Of a DNA stretch of 64,000 nucleotides, positions 42,480 to 54,629 are shown piece after piece. A program made the position numbers and the translations under genes. This stretch comes from Camelus ferus. Taxonomy: Eukaryota. The stretch covers positions 66,652,001 through 66,716,000 of the forward strand of contig NC_045696.1 in NCBI RefSeq assembly GCF_009834535.1. The letters run 5' to 3'. The number at the start of each line of letters is the position of its first letter. The stretch's first letter is position 1. The notes beneath the pieces were generated by a model. It made no database searches, was not told the DNA's origin, and saw nothing but the letters and a program-made list of their open reading frames with translations.

Positions 42480-43480
42480 TCAAGCTTAAGAGAACAAACT
42501 GATTAAAAAATGGGCCAAAGACCTTAATAGACACTGCACAAAAGAGATAACGTACACAGATGAAAAATAAACATAAGAAAAGATGCTCCACTTGTGTCAT
42601 TAGGGAAATGCAAATTAAACCATTGAGATGCCAATATACTCCTTTTAGAATGGTCAAATTCCAGAACAGAGAACAACAGGAACCCTCATTCATTGCTGAT
42701 GGAAAGGCACAGCCCCTTTGGAATACAGTTGAGCAGTTTCTTATCAAACTAGACATATTCTTATCATACAATCCAGCCATTGCATTCCTTGGTATTTACC
42801 CAAAGGAGCTGGAAATGTATATTCACGTGAAAACCTGCACACACATGTTTATAGCAACTTTATTCACAACTGCCAAAACTTGAAGGCAACCCAGAGGTCC
42901 TTCAATAGGTAATGAACAAATAAACTGTTATGTCCAGATCATAGAATGTTATTCAATGCTAAAAAGAAATGACCTAGTAAGCCATGACAAGACATGGAGG
43001 AAATTTAAGTGTATATTACTAAGTGAAAGCAGTCCACCTGGAAAGAACACATACTGTATGATTTTAGCTAGATGACATTCTGGAGAAAGCAAAACTATGG
43101 AGACAGTTGAGAACAAATGGCCAGACAGTAACAGTTGCTGGCAGGAGTTTTTGGCAGGGAGGGCTAAATAGGTGGAACACAGGAAATTTTTAGGGCAGTG
43201 AAACTCCGCATTATGACACCATAATGGTGGACACAGGTTGTTATGCTTTTGTCCAAATCCACAGAATGTACAACACAAGAGTGAACCCTGACGTAAACTA
43301 TGGACTGGGGGTGATGACATCATGTCAGTGTAGGGTCATCAGTTGTAACAGCTGTACCACTCTGGCGGGGGAGGTTGATAATGGGGGAGGCTGTGCATGT
43401 GTGGAGTCAGAGGGGATCTGGGAAATCTCTGTACTTTTCTCTCAATGTTTCTATGAACCTAAAACTTCTCTTTAAAAAAT
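42480..43480 (+). mobile_element. L1MC-like 3' end
   Basis: ORF2 C-terminal remnant (IREMQIK...IAFLGIYPKE...CTHMFIATLFTTAKT) and a 3' UTR homologous to 13150-14180. Confidence 0.9.
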
Positions 43481-44451
43481 CTTAAAGTTGAATTTCTTTT
43501 TCTATGCACTTCAGAAGACCTCTAAGAGAGAATAAAAGTCACAAAGCACCAAGCCATACAAATGGTTAGAACTGCTGAAACAAAAAGGACCATGGAGTCC
43601 AAAGGGCCTTAATATTTCAAAGATTATCTATTTTCATTGCTTTTTATTCTTCTTTTTCCTGGCACCCATTGTATCATTTTGGGGGGATCGAGCACTTACA
43701 TTTTAAGAGATAAGAATTGGAATTTTCTGGTACTCCAAATTTAAGCTGAACCTGCCTTGCCTATGGTAATGGATCTATTCATCATGTGATTACATCTGTA
43801 AACAGGAAAACACATTAATATCTTTAAATACTATATGTTATATATAATGTTATAATGTAAGTTATTTATAAATCTAAAGTATTCAGTTGTTTTCATGCCA
43901 TCTAATGTTAGTCTGTAAAAAACAAGTTACTTCTTTGAAAAAATCACTAAGCCATTTTGATAGTAGATATTTTATTGGTTGAATCAATGGATATCATTGA
44001 AAGGTGATATTTAACCCTGAGTTTAAAGGGGAACATGCCCACAGCCCACCATCAGCAGTGCTGTTCCCATGTACACCCAGGGTGACTAGCATCCTCCTCG
44101 GTGCTGAGGAGGTCATTGCTAAGCATTGTGGGAAGCTCACTAAATTCAACATTAGGAATATCTGCAGTCTAGTCCCTGTTCCCAAGCAAACTCATCCTGA
44201 CCTCAATCCAACAACATCTTAAATCTGTGAGTATCTTATGTGCCAAATGAGGTATATATTCCTGGCCTTTAGATTGGGCAAAATAAGAAAATAATAATTA
44301 TTTGCTTCATAATTAGAAGCATCAATATTTGAATCTCTCTAATGTTTCTTTCAGTATCTCTTCCTCTACCTCGATAATGAAAATAAGGCCAAAGGCCACA
44401 GACACAGACGCCCCCCCCCCACCATATACCAACACCATTTCTCAATGCATT

Positions 44452-44473
44452 TTTATTTCTTTTTAATTTTATT
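44452..44473 (-). terminator. TP63: paired AATAAA polyadenylation signals at the TP63 3' end
   Basis: Two tttatt hexamers on +, followed on the minus strand by GU/G-rich downstream sequence (44400-44437). Confidence 0.85.
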
Positions 44474-45050
44474 GCATGTCCTGGCAAACATAAGTGGCTT
44501 ATAGATTGGCCTCTGGCTCACCAAAAGCCCAGTATACAAAATACCAAAAGACAAGCAACTGAAGCTTAAAAAAAAAAAAGTATCACATCTATAAGAAAGA
44601 ACTTTTCAAAAACATTAATAAAGCATATAAAACATTTGGCATTTACTTAATTTTTTTACAATTATAAAAATAATAAAAAAAAAACACACCCTTTAACATT
44701 CAATATCCCGTATACTGTATTTTAGGGGACTATCAAGAAAACAAAAGGTAAACGGATTTAACACAGAAAGTTCTCTCCTCCATTTCCATTTCTAATCACC
44801 TCTGAACAAAAGTCTAACCATTCTTCAGCTACCTGTATTGAGCTAAGGCCACAAAAACTCCATTAAGCCCACTCCCACTTGTCTGTCCTCAATATTTTTA
44901 CACCCTTTATCCTAGCTACTCATGCACTCAAAAAATGTTAAGTGGATGTGAGGCCAGTAGTTGTGCTTAGCCTTGGCTAATGCCAAGCCCATGATACACA
45001 GTACAGGAATTTCGGAGTCCCTAGCGCTACCTGAATTAGTGCTGAAATAG

Positions 45051-45372
45051 CTCAGAAGAAGTCTTAGGTTTATTCAAACACTCAGGACAGTGGAGGAAGC
45101 CAATGGCCCTCCTAGCACCGCCAAGGCATGGTTTTCATTCTTCCCCTTAATTGGTTTCCAAAGCTGCATGCTTGTTCCACAGTTAACAGTGCTTATTACC
45201 ATTTAACCACAATACCTCAGAAGTCTTTGGTTTATTCAAACACTTAGGACAGTTGAGGAAGCCACTGGCCCTCCTAGTACTGCCAAGGCATGGTTTTATT
45301 CTTCCCCTTAATTGGTTTCCAAAGCTAACAGTGTTCCACAGTTAACAGTGCTTACTGCCATTTATCACAATA
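45051..45372. repeat. diverged tandem duplication, two ~160 bp units (45051-45214 and 45216-45372)
   Basis: Both units run ctcag..aagtctt.ggtttattcaaacact.aggacagt.gaggaagcca ... gttaacagtgctta...catt...cacaata; roughly 85-90% identical by eye. Confidence 0.97.
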
Positions 45373-47438
45373 AAATTTTGAAATCAAGGACTCACTCTCT
45401 TTTAACATACAAAACTAAAAAAAAATAAAAAACAACTTTCCCTTCCCCCCATCTTACATGTACGGCATTTTTTTTCGTATTTGACATTGTAGTCTTACTA
45501 AATGATGTTTCCATGAAAATATAAAAACAATAATAATAATAAAAAAGTTTCAACTGTGGTTCTGCAAAACCTGCTATCCCAAGAAGAAAAAAAAATAATC
45601 AAAATATAAAGTATGCAATTCAACATGCAAAATATATATACATTTTTCAGGTGAACCTCATATGTATTTTTGAGTCACAGTAGCCCTTTTGCAATTTAAA
45701 ATAAAAATGGAAGCTTATGTGCAATGATAGCCCTTTACCAGATGGCATGGGAGAGGTTTGAACTCATTAGCATATATACAAAATATTTGTTTCGTAGTTT
45801 GAAAAAAAAGTGTTTTGCTACAAAGTATGTTTCTAAAAGATGTACAGGAATATTGCCATTTACATGTTTTTCCAAAGTCTGAAGACAAATCTTGGTTTAT
45901 GTGCTTCAAGCAACATCTCCAATGGAAGGCTTATTCCCTGATCTGTTGGGACATCCTTATGTGCATGCACAGTCTGAAAGAGAGATGGACGGGAAATTGG
46001 GTTCTCACAGTTACTTTCCAACAAAGTGAAACTATCGTTGTTCAAAAAGAAAAGTGATACAGTGATGCGACCAATGCTACAGGAAAACTCATCTCATATG
46101 ACTGTATTTTCCAGATCACTACTCCTATGTTAAACCTTCAAGAGAGAAAGATAAACAAGCCTCTATATGCAGAATCTCATAGAACAGGAGGGTCATTAAA
46201 AGAAACATTTATCAAATATTATTTATGTTTCCAAAAGTCTTCCAAGTATTTTAATTCATGGCTTACTGAGATGTCTAACTGTTTAGTGGAGCTTCAACAT
46301 CTCTGTGTGATTCCTGTTTTTCCTGGTTATTTTTAACAGACATTACAGCTTTGCTCCAAGAACTGGGCAGACGGCATTCTTCCCAATCAAATCAACCTTA
46401 ATTCTAACGAGGGTAGCAAATGTGTAATTGAGTTAATCAATCTAGCAGTGAAATTTAGTACTGGCAGCAGATGCTTTCCCAATAAATACTAAGAGTTAAG
46501 ATGTCTGGTATTAAATTTGAGGAGGTTGCCAGTATACTCAGATACACGATACCAGGTGTTATTGAACTGGCTGCCGTGAACTTTTTAAGAATTTTAGCCA
46601 TGACTCATATTCCCCAATCCCAATCAAAAGCAAGAGAGGATACTTCCTTTCCTCTGGTGAGCGATAGGGTGAACATGGACTTTTCCTTGTCATTAGACGA
46701 AATAACCCCAAAGTCAACTACCATCGGTAGCAGGGATGTCAATAACACAGAACACACCAACACAGAGATTCACGTACATGGGTGTAAGTCTCCCTCACGT
46801 AATAAGCAATGGCAAACAGTACTGGGTCTAACCAAAGGTCTGATGTGGCATGTGTTTAGCATCAAAAGAACCGAAGGGACCTATATAATATATCCTCATC
46901 ATACACATGGACCATTGAAATCTAGGTACCTATTACCATACATAGCAGGCCTTGAGAGAAGGTTTACAGGTAAGTCATCCAAAACAATTAAAAAAAAAGT
47001 TGATAAGTGCAACTCCATTTCATCCTTTAAATTACATTTTAAACAATAGTTAATGCCCCCACCCGAAAATATATACTGTATATTTATACATTTATATATA
47101 TAGTCTTAGACTATAAGGGTGAAAATGCTTTATAAAAGTCAGTGAGAGATCTCTACAGCTTAAGGAGACACCCACAGCTTTTTTGCTCACTTCTACCTAG
47201 CCATGACAATTTCAATCCTGCAAGCAATAGATTTGAAGGCTTAAAGCCAGAATCAGAATCAGATGCCAGGTCGGACATTAGGTAAAACGTTAGCCTCTTA
47301 CTTCTCCTTCCCTTAGGAAGCCAGATCGAGAAGAGGGAGGAGGGGACCTAGGGAGTGTGCTTGGCAGGTCAAGCAGTAGTGCCTTGTAGGGGGGTGGGTG
47401 GGCAGACGGGAAGATGGGAAGTGCTCGCACAGGAATGC

Positions 47439-47765
<327 letters not shown>

Positions 47766-50614
47766 TTAGGACAAAGAGACAAACTGACCTTTAATCCACA
47801 CCATTTTGTCATTCCCCAATGCTCTGGTTTAACTGACCTGCATTTTATTCAACTCTAAACTGGAAAATAAAACCATCTCTTTAATAATCTTTGGCACAAT
47901 ATGTAACCAAGCACAAGGGTACAGCCTTGGGGTGTATTCTCTTCTCGTAGATAACATTTTACTTATTCTCTACTGGTCTCAGTTTATTCATTGGTAAAAT
48001 AGAGATAATATTTAGATCAGAGAACAAAAATCCCAAAACAAAAACATAACGTAAAAGGTACTTTCCAACTCTCAAATCTACCCGGCTCTAGTCACTAGAA
48101 GAAAGATATTAATGGAATGCCACCACTTCTCAAAGGAGGAGATAGGAAAAAAAGATTACTAACAGATACTGAACACATTCTACATGCCAGGCATTGAATT
48201 AATTATTTTTTATTCATGATCTCATTTAATGCTAAGATTAGTGGTAGATATTATCACACCTATTTTATAGACAGAAAAGTTGAAGGTCCAAGAGGTTGAT
48301 AATTCTAAAGTTACACAACTAAGTGAATGAATAGGGGAACTCAGGACAGCCTCTGAGCCTAAAACTTCCCTAACAGCCAAAAAGTTTCTTGGTGTTTAGA
48401 AAAATCAGGGTATCAAAATGCAGAGTATGTGTCCATGTTCTGTGGTTGGTGGTAGAAGGCATTACAAAGATGGTTGATCTAACTAACTGTGGTGGCATCT
48501 CTATATCTGTCTGCATTAGCTCTTCACTAGCTTGTTTTAGTGACAGTTCACATTTTTCATGGAGCAACATGGTAAGTAGAAAGAACACTAGGCTAGGAGT
48601 CAGAACACCTCGTCAAAAGTTATTATTTTTTCACTTGAATGATTCTAAACCTTCATCAAAGTCAGTTATTTTCTACTGGCCTCAGTTTCTTCATCGGTAA
48701 AATGGGTACAATTTCTTTTTAGGTCAACACATCTCGTGGATGCATATGTAAATATGGATATGAAAGTATTTTGCAAGTTATAAAGCATACTGTAGGAATC
48801 TTAACCATTTGTATTATTACTGTGTTATACCATTATTAACCCCTCCTTGCATCTTAGAGGGAGTACTAATGGGAGCTCCCAAAATTTAATCACATTCCTT
48901 TCCCAGAGACGTGTTGAGAGACAAGCTGAAAAGGAGGGGTCTATTTCCAGTGATGAGCAGGAAGAAGCTGAGGTGAGGATGCAGAAATCAGATAGCCTCC
49001 CAATACTTCCCAGTCTGGAGACGTGCAGTATGGGTACTCCAATTTCCTATTCTAGCAAAAGAATACATTATAAAGAAAGTAATCTACAAATAGATAAGTG
49101 AGCATAGCTCTTTATGCTTCTGAAACTCCCAGTAAGTCCAAAACTCTTTGTAAACTAGGCTCCATTAATCTGCATGACTCCCTGGGTAGATATGAACTTA
49201 TAATGACAGGTGAGAAAGCTGTGGCCCAGAGCCTGGCACAGGACCCAGCCAGCACCAGTAGAGATGGACTTGTGGAGAGCATCAGCAGAGCCTAACAGCC
49301 GAGGGGGCACCCCGACACACCTTCCAGTGGGGACAAGTGAACAAGGGGGTGGTAAAACTTAAAAAGCACAGGGAAGGACAAATTCCCTGCTCCATCATGT
49401 AGGGCTCTCAAACACAGGGCAACACACTGTCTGGTGTCAAACATACTGTCTTCAGTGGATGGACATCATTGTAAAGTTATCCGAAACCTGGCAGAACCTA
49501 CTCCTAAAGCTTTCTCTGTAGTTTTCACTAGGAATTTCTTCCACCAGGCCCAGGGCTGATTTAGGGGGTGGAGAGGGGTGGGCATAGGACAGCACAGCAC
49601 ATATTTGTCACCATGGGGCTGGGGCGTTCTCACATTTGCAGGGGTGTCTCTAGCATCGGTGCTCAAGGAGGGGGAGAAAAGGGGTCCCAACTACAGAAGC
49701 AGTAGCAGAGGCAGAGAGTGTCTTCTTCCACCAGCCCAAAGGGCCCTCTGGAAGCCGGGAGGGAGGATAGTGAACCCCGAAGAAAGCAGCATGAAGAGCA
49801 GCTGGGGAGCGAAAGCAGATTGCCATAAACCAGAACAAGACGAGCTCCCACGTGAGTAGTAGTTCCAGTCGCCGTAGGAAGCAAGAAAAAGTGCCCCTCC
49901 CCCATCCAGCTTGCTCCAGAGACTAACAAAGCGAGAAAGGAGTGATTTTGAACCCAATTTGATTAACTGAGGCCCAGAGAAGCAAAGTGATAACCTCAGG
50001 TTCTCATTACCACTAAAAAGCATGGTTGGGACTTGAATCCATGACCAGAGATCTTTCCCAACGATCAAGAATGGCTGGGCTCCATTCTAGTAGAACTGAT
50101 CGTGAGTAAACATATGGTGCTAACTGAGAGGCACAGCTCAGTCCCCTGTAACGTTCTACTTTAAGGAAAGGCAGAAAAGGCCAATGAATAGAGTTAAAGA
50201 CCAGAAGCTTACACCTTGGGGTTCTATTCCTGGTTCTGTCATCAACTCATTATCTAATGACCCTCCCTGGGATCTTATACAAATTCATGAGAATATCCAA
50301 CAAGTCCTCTGAATTCTTTAGAGATGACACATTCCTTGAAGGTGGGAATTAGATCTCCTCTTTCCCAGTCTGCATACGGTAGGCATGCAATAAATGACTG
50401 CCGACTGATTGGACAAGCTGGGGAAGACTGCATGCTGAGCTTCTCGTATGGACAGGCTGAGGCCTGGGCACCTCTCTAATACGGCTGTGGGTTCCAACAA
50501 AATTGAGGATTGGGAGTAGGAGAAAAACAGAGGGGATTGGACTACCAGGTGGATGTCACCAGAGGGAGGACATTAAGAAATAAAACTCAAGAGAAAAGTC
50601 TAACAGTTACTTAC

Positions 50615-50708
50615 ATCCATGGAGTAATGCTCAATCTGATAGATGGTGGTCAGCCCCTGGGTCGTGAAATAGTCCAGACATGATGAACAGCCCAACCTCG
50701 CTAAGAAA
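50615..50708 (-). CDS. TP63: TP63 exon 13 (94 bp), SAM domain; skipped in p63beta
   Basis: Not in the ORF track; read by hand: ctctgcag|T TTC TTA GCG AGG ... ATG GAT|gtaagt encodes (S)[31 protein letters not shown]. Confidence 0.98.
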
Positions 50709-52018
50709 CTGCAGAGGGAGGAGGGAGGAGGAAGGAGGAAACAGAAAAAGAAAGTTCACCCCAACTGCATTGGCAAGATAAAGGAAAAACCCAACATTGT
50801 ACCCTGGGATGCCCTGCAGAAGAGACTGGGGCAGATAAAATATATGTGGGGCCTTGGATTTGAGGTTTGGGGATGATTAGTGACATGAACTTAAGGTCTA
50901 TAGAAATTAAAATCAACTGCTTAAGAATGCCTGCAGGGCAGAGATTTTCAAATGGTGATTGATGGAATTCTAGGGGTTCCATAAAAGTGCCTTAGGAGCC
51001 ATTGCAGGGGGTGAAAGGAAGGCATCCAGTGCTCCACTTTCCAGCTCTCTTGCCCCCTGGCTCTGCACTTCAAAAAGAGCAACTCCACTTTAATCGCGGG
51101 TATTTGGCATTTCTGAGGATGGTTTATGTGGCTAAGAAAAAACTGGAGGCCACTAGACTGTGAAGTCATTAACGTCCTCCTCAGAACACAGACCTCTTCC
51201 TTTCTGGTTTGGGTCTCAGAGGGATGGCGCCACCACAGAGCCAGACGCTGGGTGGGACACGCCTGGCATTTTGTCATCTCTTTCATTGATGCTACTAGTA
51301 CTGTTGCAGCAATCACATGGCAATCAACACATTTTCCAGCAGCCAAATGAAAAAAATCATTCTGCACGTGAAGCAGGAGCAAGATGATGGGCACTAGGTA
51401 TGAGATTCGGGCACCTACTCTTGCCTCTGTAGGAAACAGAATTTTCTAGGCTTCATGCACTTCTTCCTTCTGGCTGTGTGAACTCCCTTCCCTAGAGTGT
51501 ACCCATTTCCCATATGACAAAGCAGAAGAGGCCACCAGGTTCTTGAAAGTCCCTGTCATTTTTGCTAACATTAACATTTTTTTTATGGACATCCAACTCC
51601 AAAATAACGATCCTGTGGTGGCTGAGAGCTATGAGGCCTAGAGAGCAGGAAAGGGAGCGAGATAGCAAGTTTACTGCCCTTTTGGGAACCCCAGCCCTGA
51701 GCACCAATTTGAAGGCTACAACTGACTGCAAAAATGTGATGGAGGAAGAGGGGAATCAGTGAAGATGCGGGAAAAAGGCATGACGTTTATATGCCCATAA
51801 ATTCACATTTTCACTTTTTCCCATGCTGATTATTGGTTTTTTTGTTTTTTAAGTAAATACTGCTGATGACTCCATAGATCAGAGATAACAGTGGCTGAAC
51901 TTCAACCATAGGGCTGCTTTCTTGCTTTCCAACTGTGCTGTTAACCTTCACAATGTCCACCCTCCACCACCCAGAGATGCTGAGGACAGGCCCCCAGGGG
52001 CACATGCTGTGGACTCAC

Positions 52019-52163
52019 CTGACAAGGCTGCAATCTGTGGGGTACGGAGGTGGGGGGGTGCAGTGGGAGGTGGATGGCATGGAGAGTGGGGGAGGGAGGG
52101 CCTGGGTGGGGCTGAGTCCATTCATGTCTCCAGCCATTGGCATGTGGGTGCTCATCATAGGAA
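52019..52163 (-). CDS. TP63: TP63 exon 12 (145 bp), contains the PPxY motif
   Basis: ctgttcag|TT CCT ATG ... GTC AG|gtgagt; encodes (I)[47 protein letters not shown]. Confidence 0.98.
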
Positions 52164-52423
52164 CTGAACAGAAGCAGGAGGAACAGAGGGTTACTGCCGT
52201 CATCACGTACCAGCATCCCAGTGGTCCATCTCACCTGGCTTAAGTTTACCAAGGGCCTAATCTGCCAGCCTTCCTTTTCAGTCTTATCACTCACTACACC
52301 CCTTCAAAGCATCCTTCATCTCATGGAGCAGAACAGTCATGAAACTCCAAACTAAATACACACTTGTCTTGACCTTGGTACATTCTCTTAGGACAATCTC
52401 TTCCCACTTTGTTCTCCATTTCT

Positions 52424-52571
52424 TTTTTAATTTTTAAATTTTTTATCTATTTTTGGGAGGGGTAATTAGGTTTATTTATGCCTTTATTTATTTTAATGCA
52501 GGGACAGGGGAAGGAACCCAGGACCTCATGCATGCTAAGCACACGCTCTGCCACTGGGCTATACCCTCCCC
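52424..52571 (-). mobile_element. tRNA-derived SINE of the same family, in TP63 intron 11
   Basis: Reverse complement matches the 41088 copy; imperfect 14 bp target-site duplication tgttctccatttct (52410-52423) / tgttctctacttct (52572-52585). Confidence 0.87.
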
Positions 52572-54471
52572 TGTTCTCTACTTCTAATGCTCTGTCCCAG
52601 CTGCTCGTTGCTCCTGACATTAATATAGTCCTCCCTGTATTTGCATCTGTGGGCTATATTCCTATCTCCCTTGCTAGACTAACCTCCTCCAGCATGGAGA
52701 TTAAGCCTTATGCCCGTCTGGGTCCCCACAAACCTAGCGCAGCGCCTGGCGCAGAGCAGATGCTCAGGAGGCTTAGGTTAAGTGGACAAATAAACAAATC
52801 TGTGAATGAACGAGGGACCTGTGGCCTATTGGTTTGGGAATGGGAGGAGGTGCTGCAACATTTGTAGGGAACCAAATGCCTCATAAGGGAGGATGCAATC
52901 AAAGACCCCAGCTCTTTCTTATGGTTCACTGCAGGACTGTATTTGGGAATACCACCAACACTGGTGTCTTTACTAAACCATACACTGTAAACATTCGCTT
53001 ATAGAGACGAAAACCTCACTACCAATAATTTACCTACAGAAAGATGAAAGTAATTTTGCTTCTACTTTAGTGAATGGTATTGTGCCAAAGGGGAAAGGTC
53101 TCTGCCCGCCACTAGCCAGCTAGAAAGTGCAGGCCTATCGTGTCTCACCGCTTTCCCCTCTGGCTTTCCTGACACCATCAGAGGGAAGTCATGAAGTATA
53201 AATAAGAGAAAGGATGTGAAGGACTGCTACCACTACCACTATTTTGGCATCTCAAGAAAAAGCTGAGGACTCTAAGATGTCACAAGGAAGAAAGTTAAAA
53301 AAAAAAAAAAAAGGTATATTTTCCTTTTACTGTCAAAGTAGGAGACCTGTCAAGGGGTCGGGTTTTGAGCCCTCAGGTGCACCTCTCACTGGTGACAGAG
53401 TAGTCTGCCCTAACATCTTTGTTGCCGCACCAGGAACCATACCCTGTATACCTCTCATCTCATTAAAATCTGCTATCAGAACCAGAGAGAGTCACAATTC
53501 CAGCCTCCCTTAACTTCTTTAAGAAAACCCAATCTCTTCAAGGCAACAGTAAAATGCAAGTTTAAAGGCTTGATCAAAATAATGAAGGATTTCAAAGGAC
53601 AAGTTTGAGATACTATTTTATGAGGGTGATTACAGGATACAAAGACAGTAATTTAGGCTTCTGTATCCCTTCTGCATTTTTACCATCCTTTTATTTTTTC
53701 CCTTTCCTTTCCAGTTTGGGTATCCACTTTGCTAGATAAGTGTCAGTGGACAAGCTAATTATCTTTACAGCAAAGCTATGTACCTTACCGCTCATCATCC
53801 ATTTGGAGGCCCAGTTCCCACACTGTCTCTTATAGCTACACTTGGTTGATGTGAGGAATCTGTGTGTGAATAAATAAAAGGGAGAATCCTTCCCCTACAT
53901 CAATTCTTTAATGGCTGTATCTGGATGGAGTAGATGAGTTGAGAAGGCCAAGATTGTAGGCACATAGAGTCATAAAGGGTTAAATATGCAGAGTGATAAT
54001 TTGATGAATGGAAAACTGAGCATTAGAGCAGAGAGGTGACTTGTCCAGAGTTACACAGACAATATTGCAATAGACTCCAGGCTATAATCTATTTCTCTAG
54101 ATTTTAAGTCTACTGCACTGTTCTACTTCCCACAAGTTGGATGTATTTCCTTCTGACTATCTGAAAGAATGCAGGAGTGGATCCCCATCCAGGTGGGCAG
54201 GAAGTGGGCTGTTCTTTTCACAGAGATCCTTATCCCTCCTAAAGGAACAGCCTTCTCCATCTACACCAATGTGCCCTGTGATGAATCACCTATCTTAAAA
54301 GTGGGAAAAAAGTTCACCGTGAGAAACTTAAGCCACTCAGCTTTGATCTTTTCTGTCCCACCGTGCCTCTCACTTAGCTTCAGAGCAAGCCTTTCCTCCC
54401 CTCCCAGAGCAGCCTTCCCCAACACTAGCCCTGCTGGTCCTTCAGCTGCAGCTACAGGGAGATGCTCTTAC

Positions 54472-54629
54472 TGTTGGCTCCCATGCCATCGGGAATGGTG
54501 GTGGGAGTGAGGGCGTTGCGCTGCTGAGGGTTGATAAGCTGGCTCACGGAAGGCAGCTTGTTCATGCTGTTCATTTTGTTCAAAGGTGGGGAGCTGTTAC
54601 CGTAGGAAGACTGAGACTGCATCGAGGTC
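54472..54629 (-). CDS. TP63: TP63 exon 11 (158 bp)
   Basis: ttcctag|G ACC TCG ... GCC AAC A|gtaaga; encodes [52 protein letters not shown]. Confidence 0.98.

Larger units (their letters stand above)
44440..47438 (-). other. TP63: TP63 alpha/beta/delta 3' UTR (~3 kb)
   Basis: AU-rich, free of recognisable transposons, from the alpha stop to paired AATAAA signals at 44468-44473 and 44452-44457; end approximate. Confidence 0.85.

Noticed and set aside
46501..47049. 182 aa + strand ORF antisense to the TP63 3' UTR
   Set aside because: No recognisable domain or promoter/splice context; probably chance. Only conservation or ribosome profiling could rescue it.
49296..49311. CTCF-like motifs (also ~5438, 36415, 56085)
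   Set aside because: Partial matches only; cannot be supported without PWM scoring or ChIP data.
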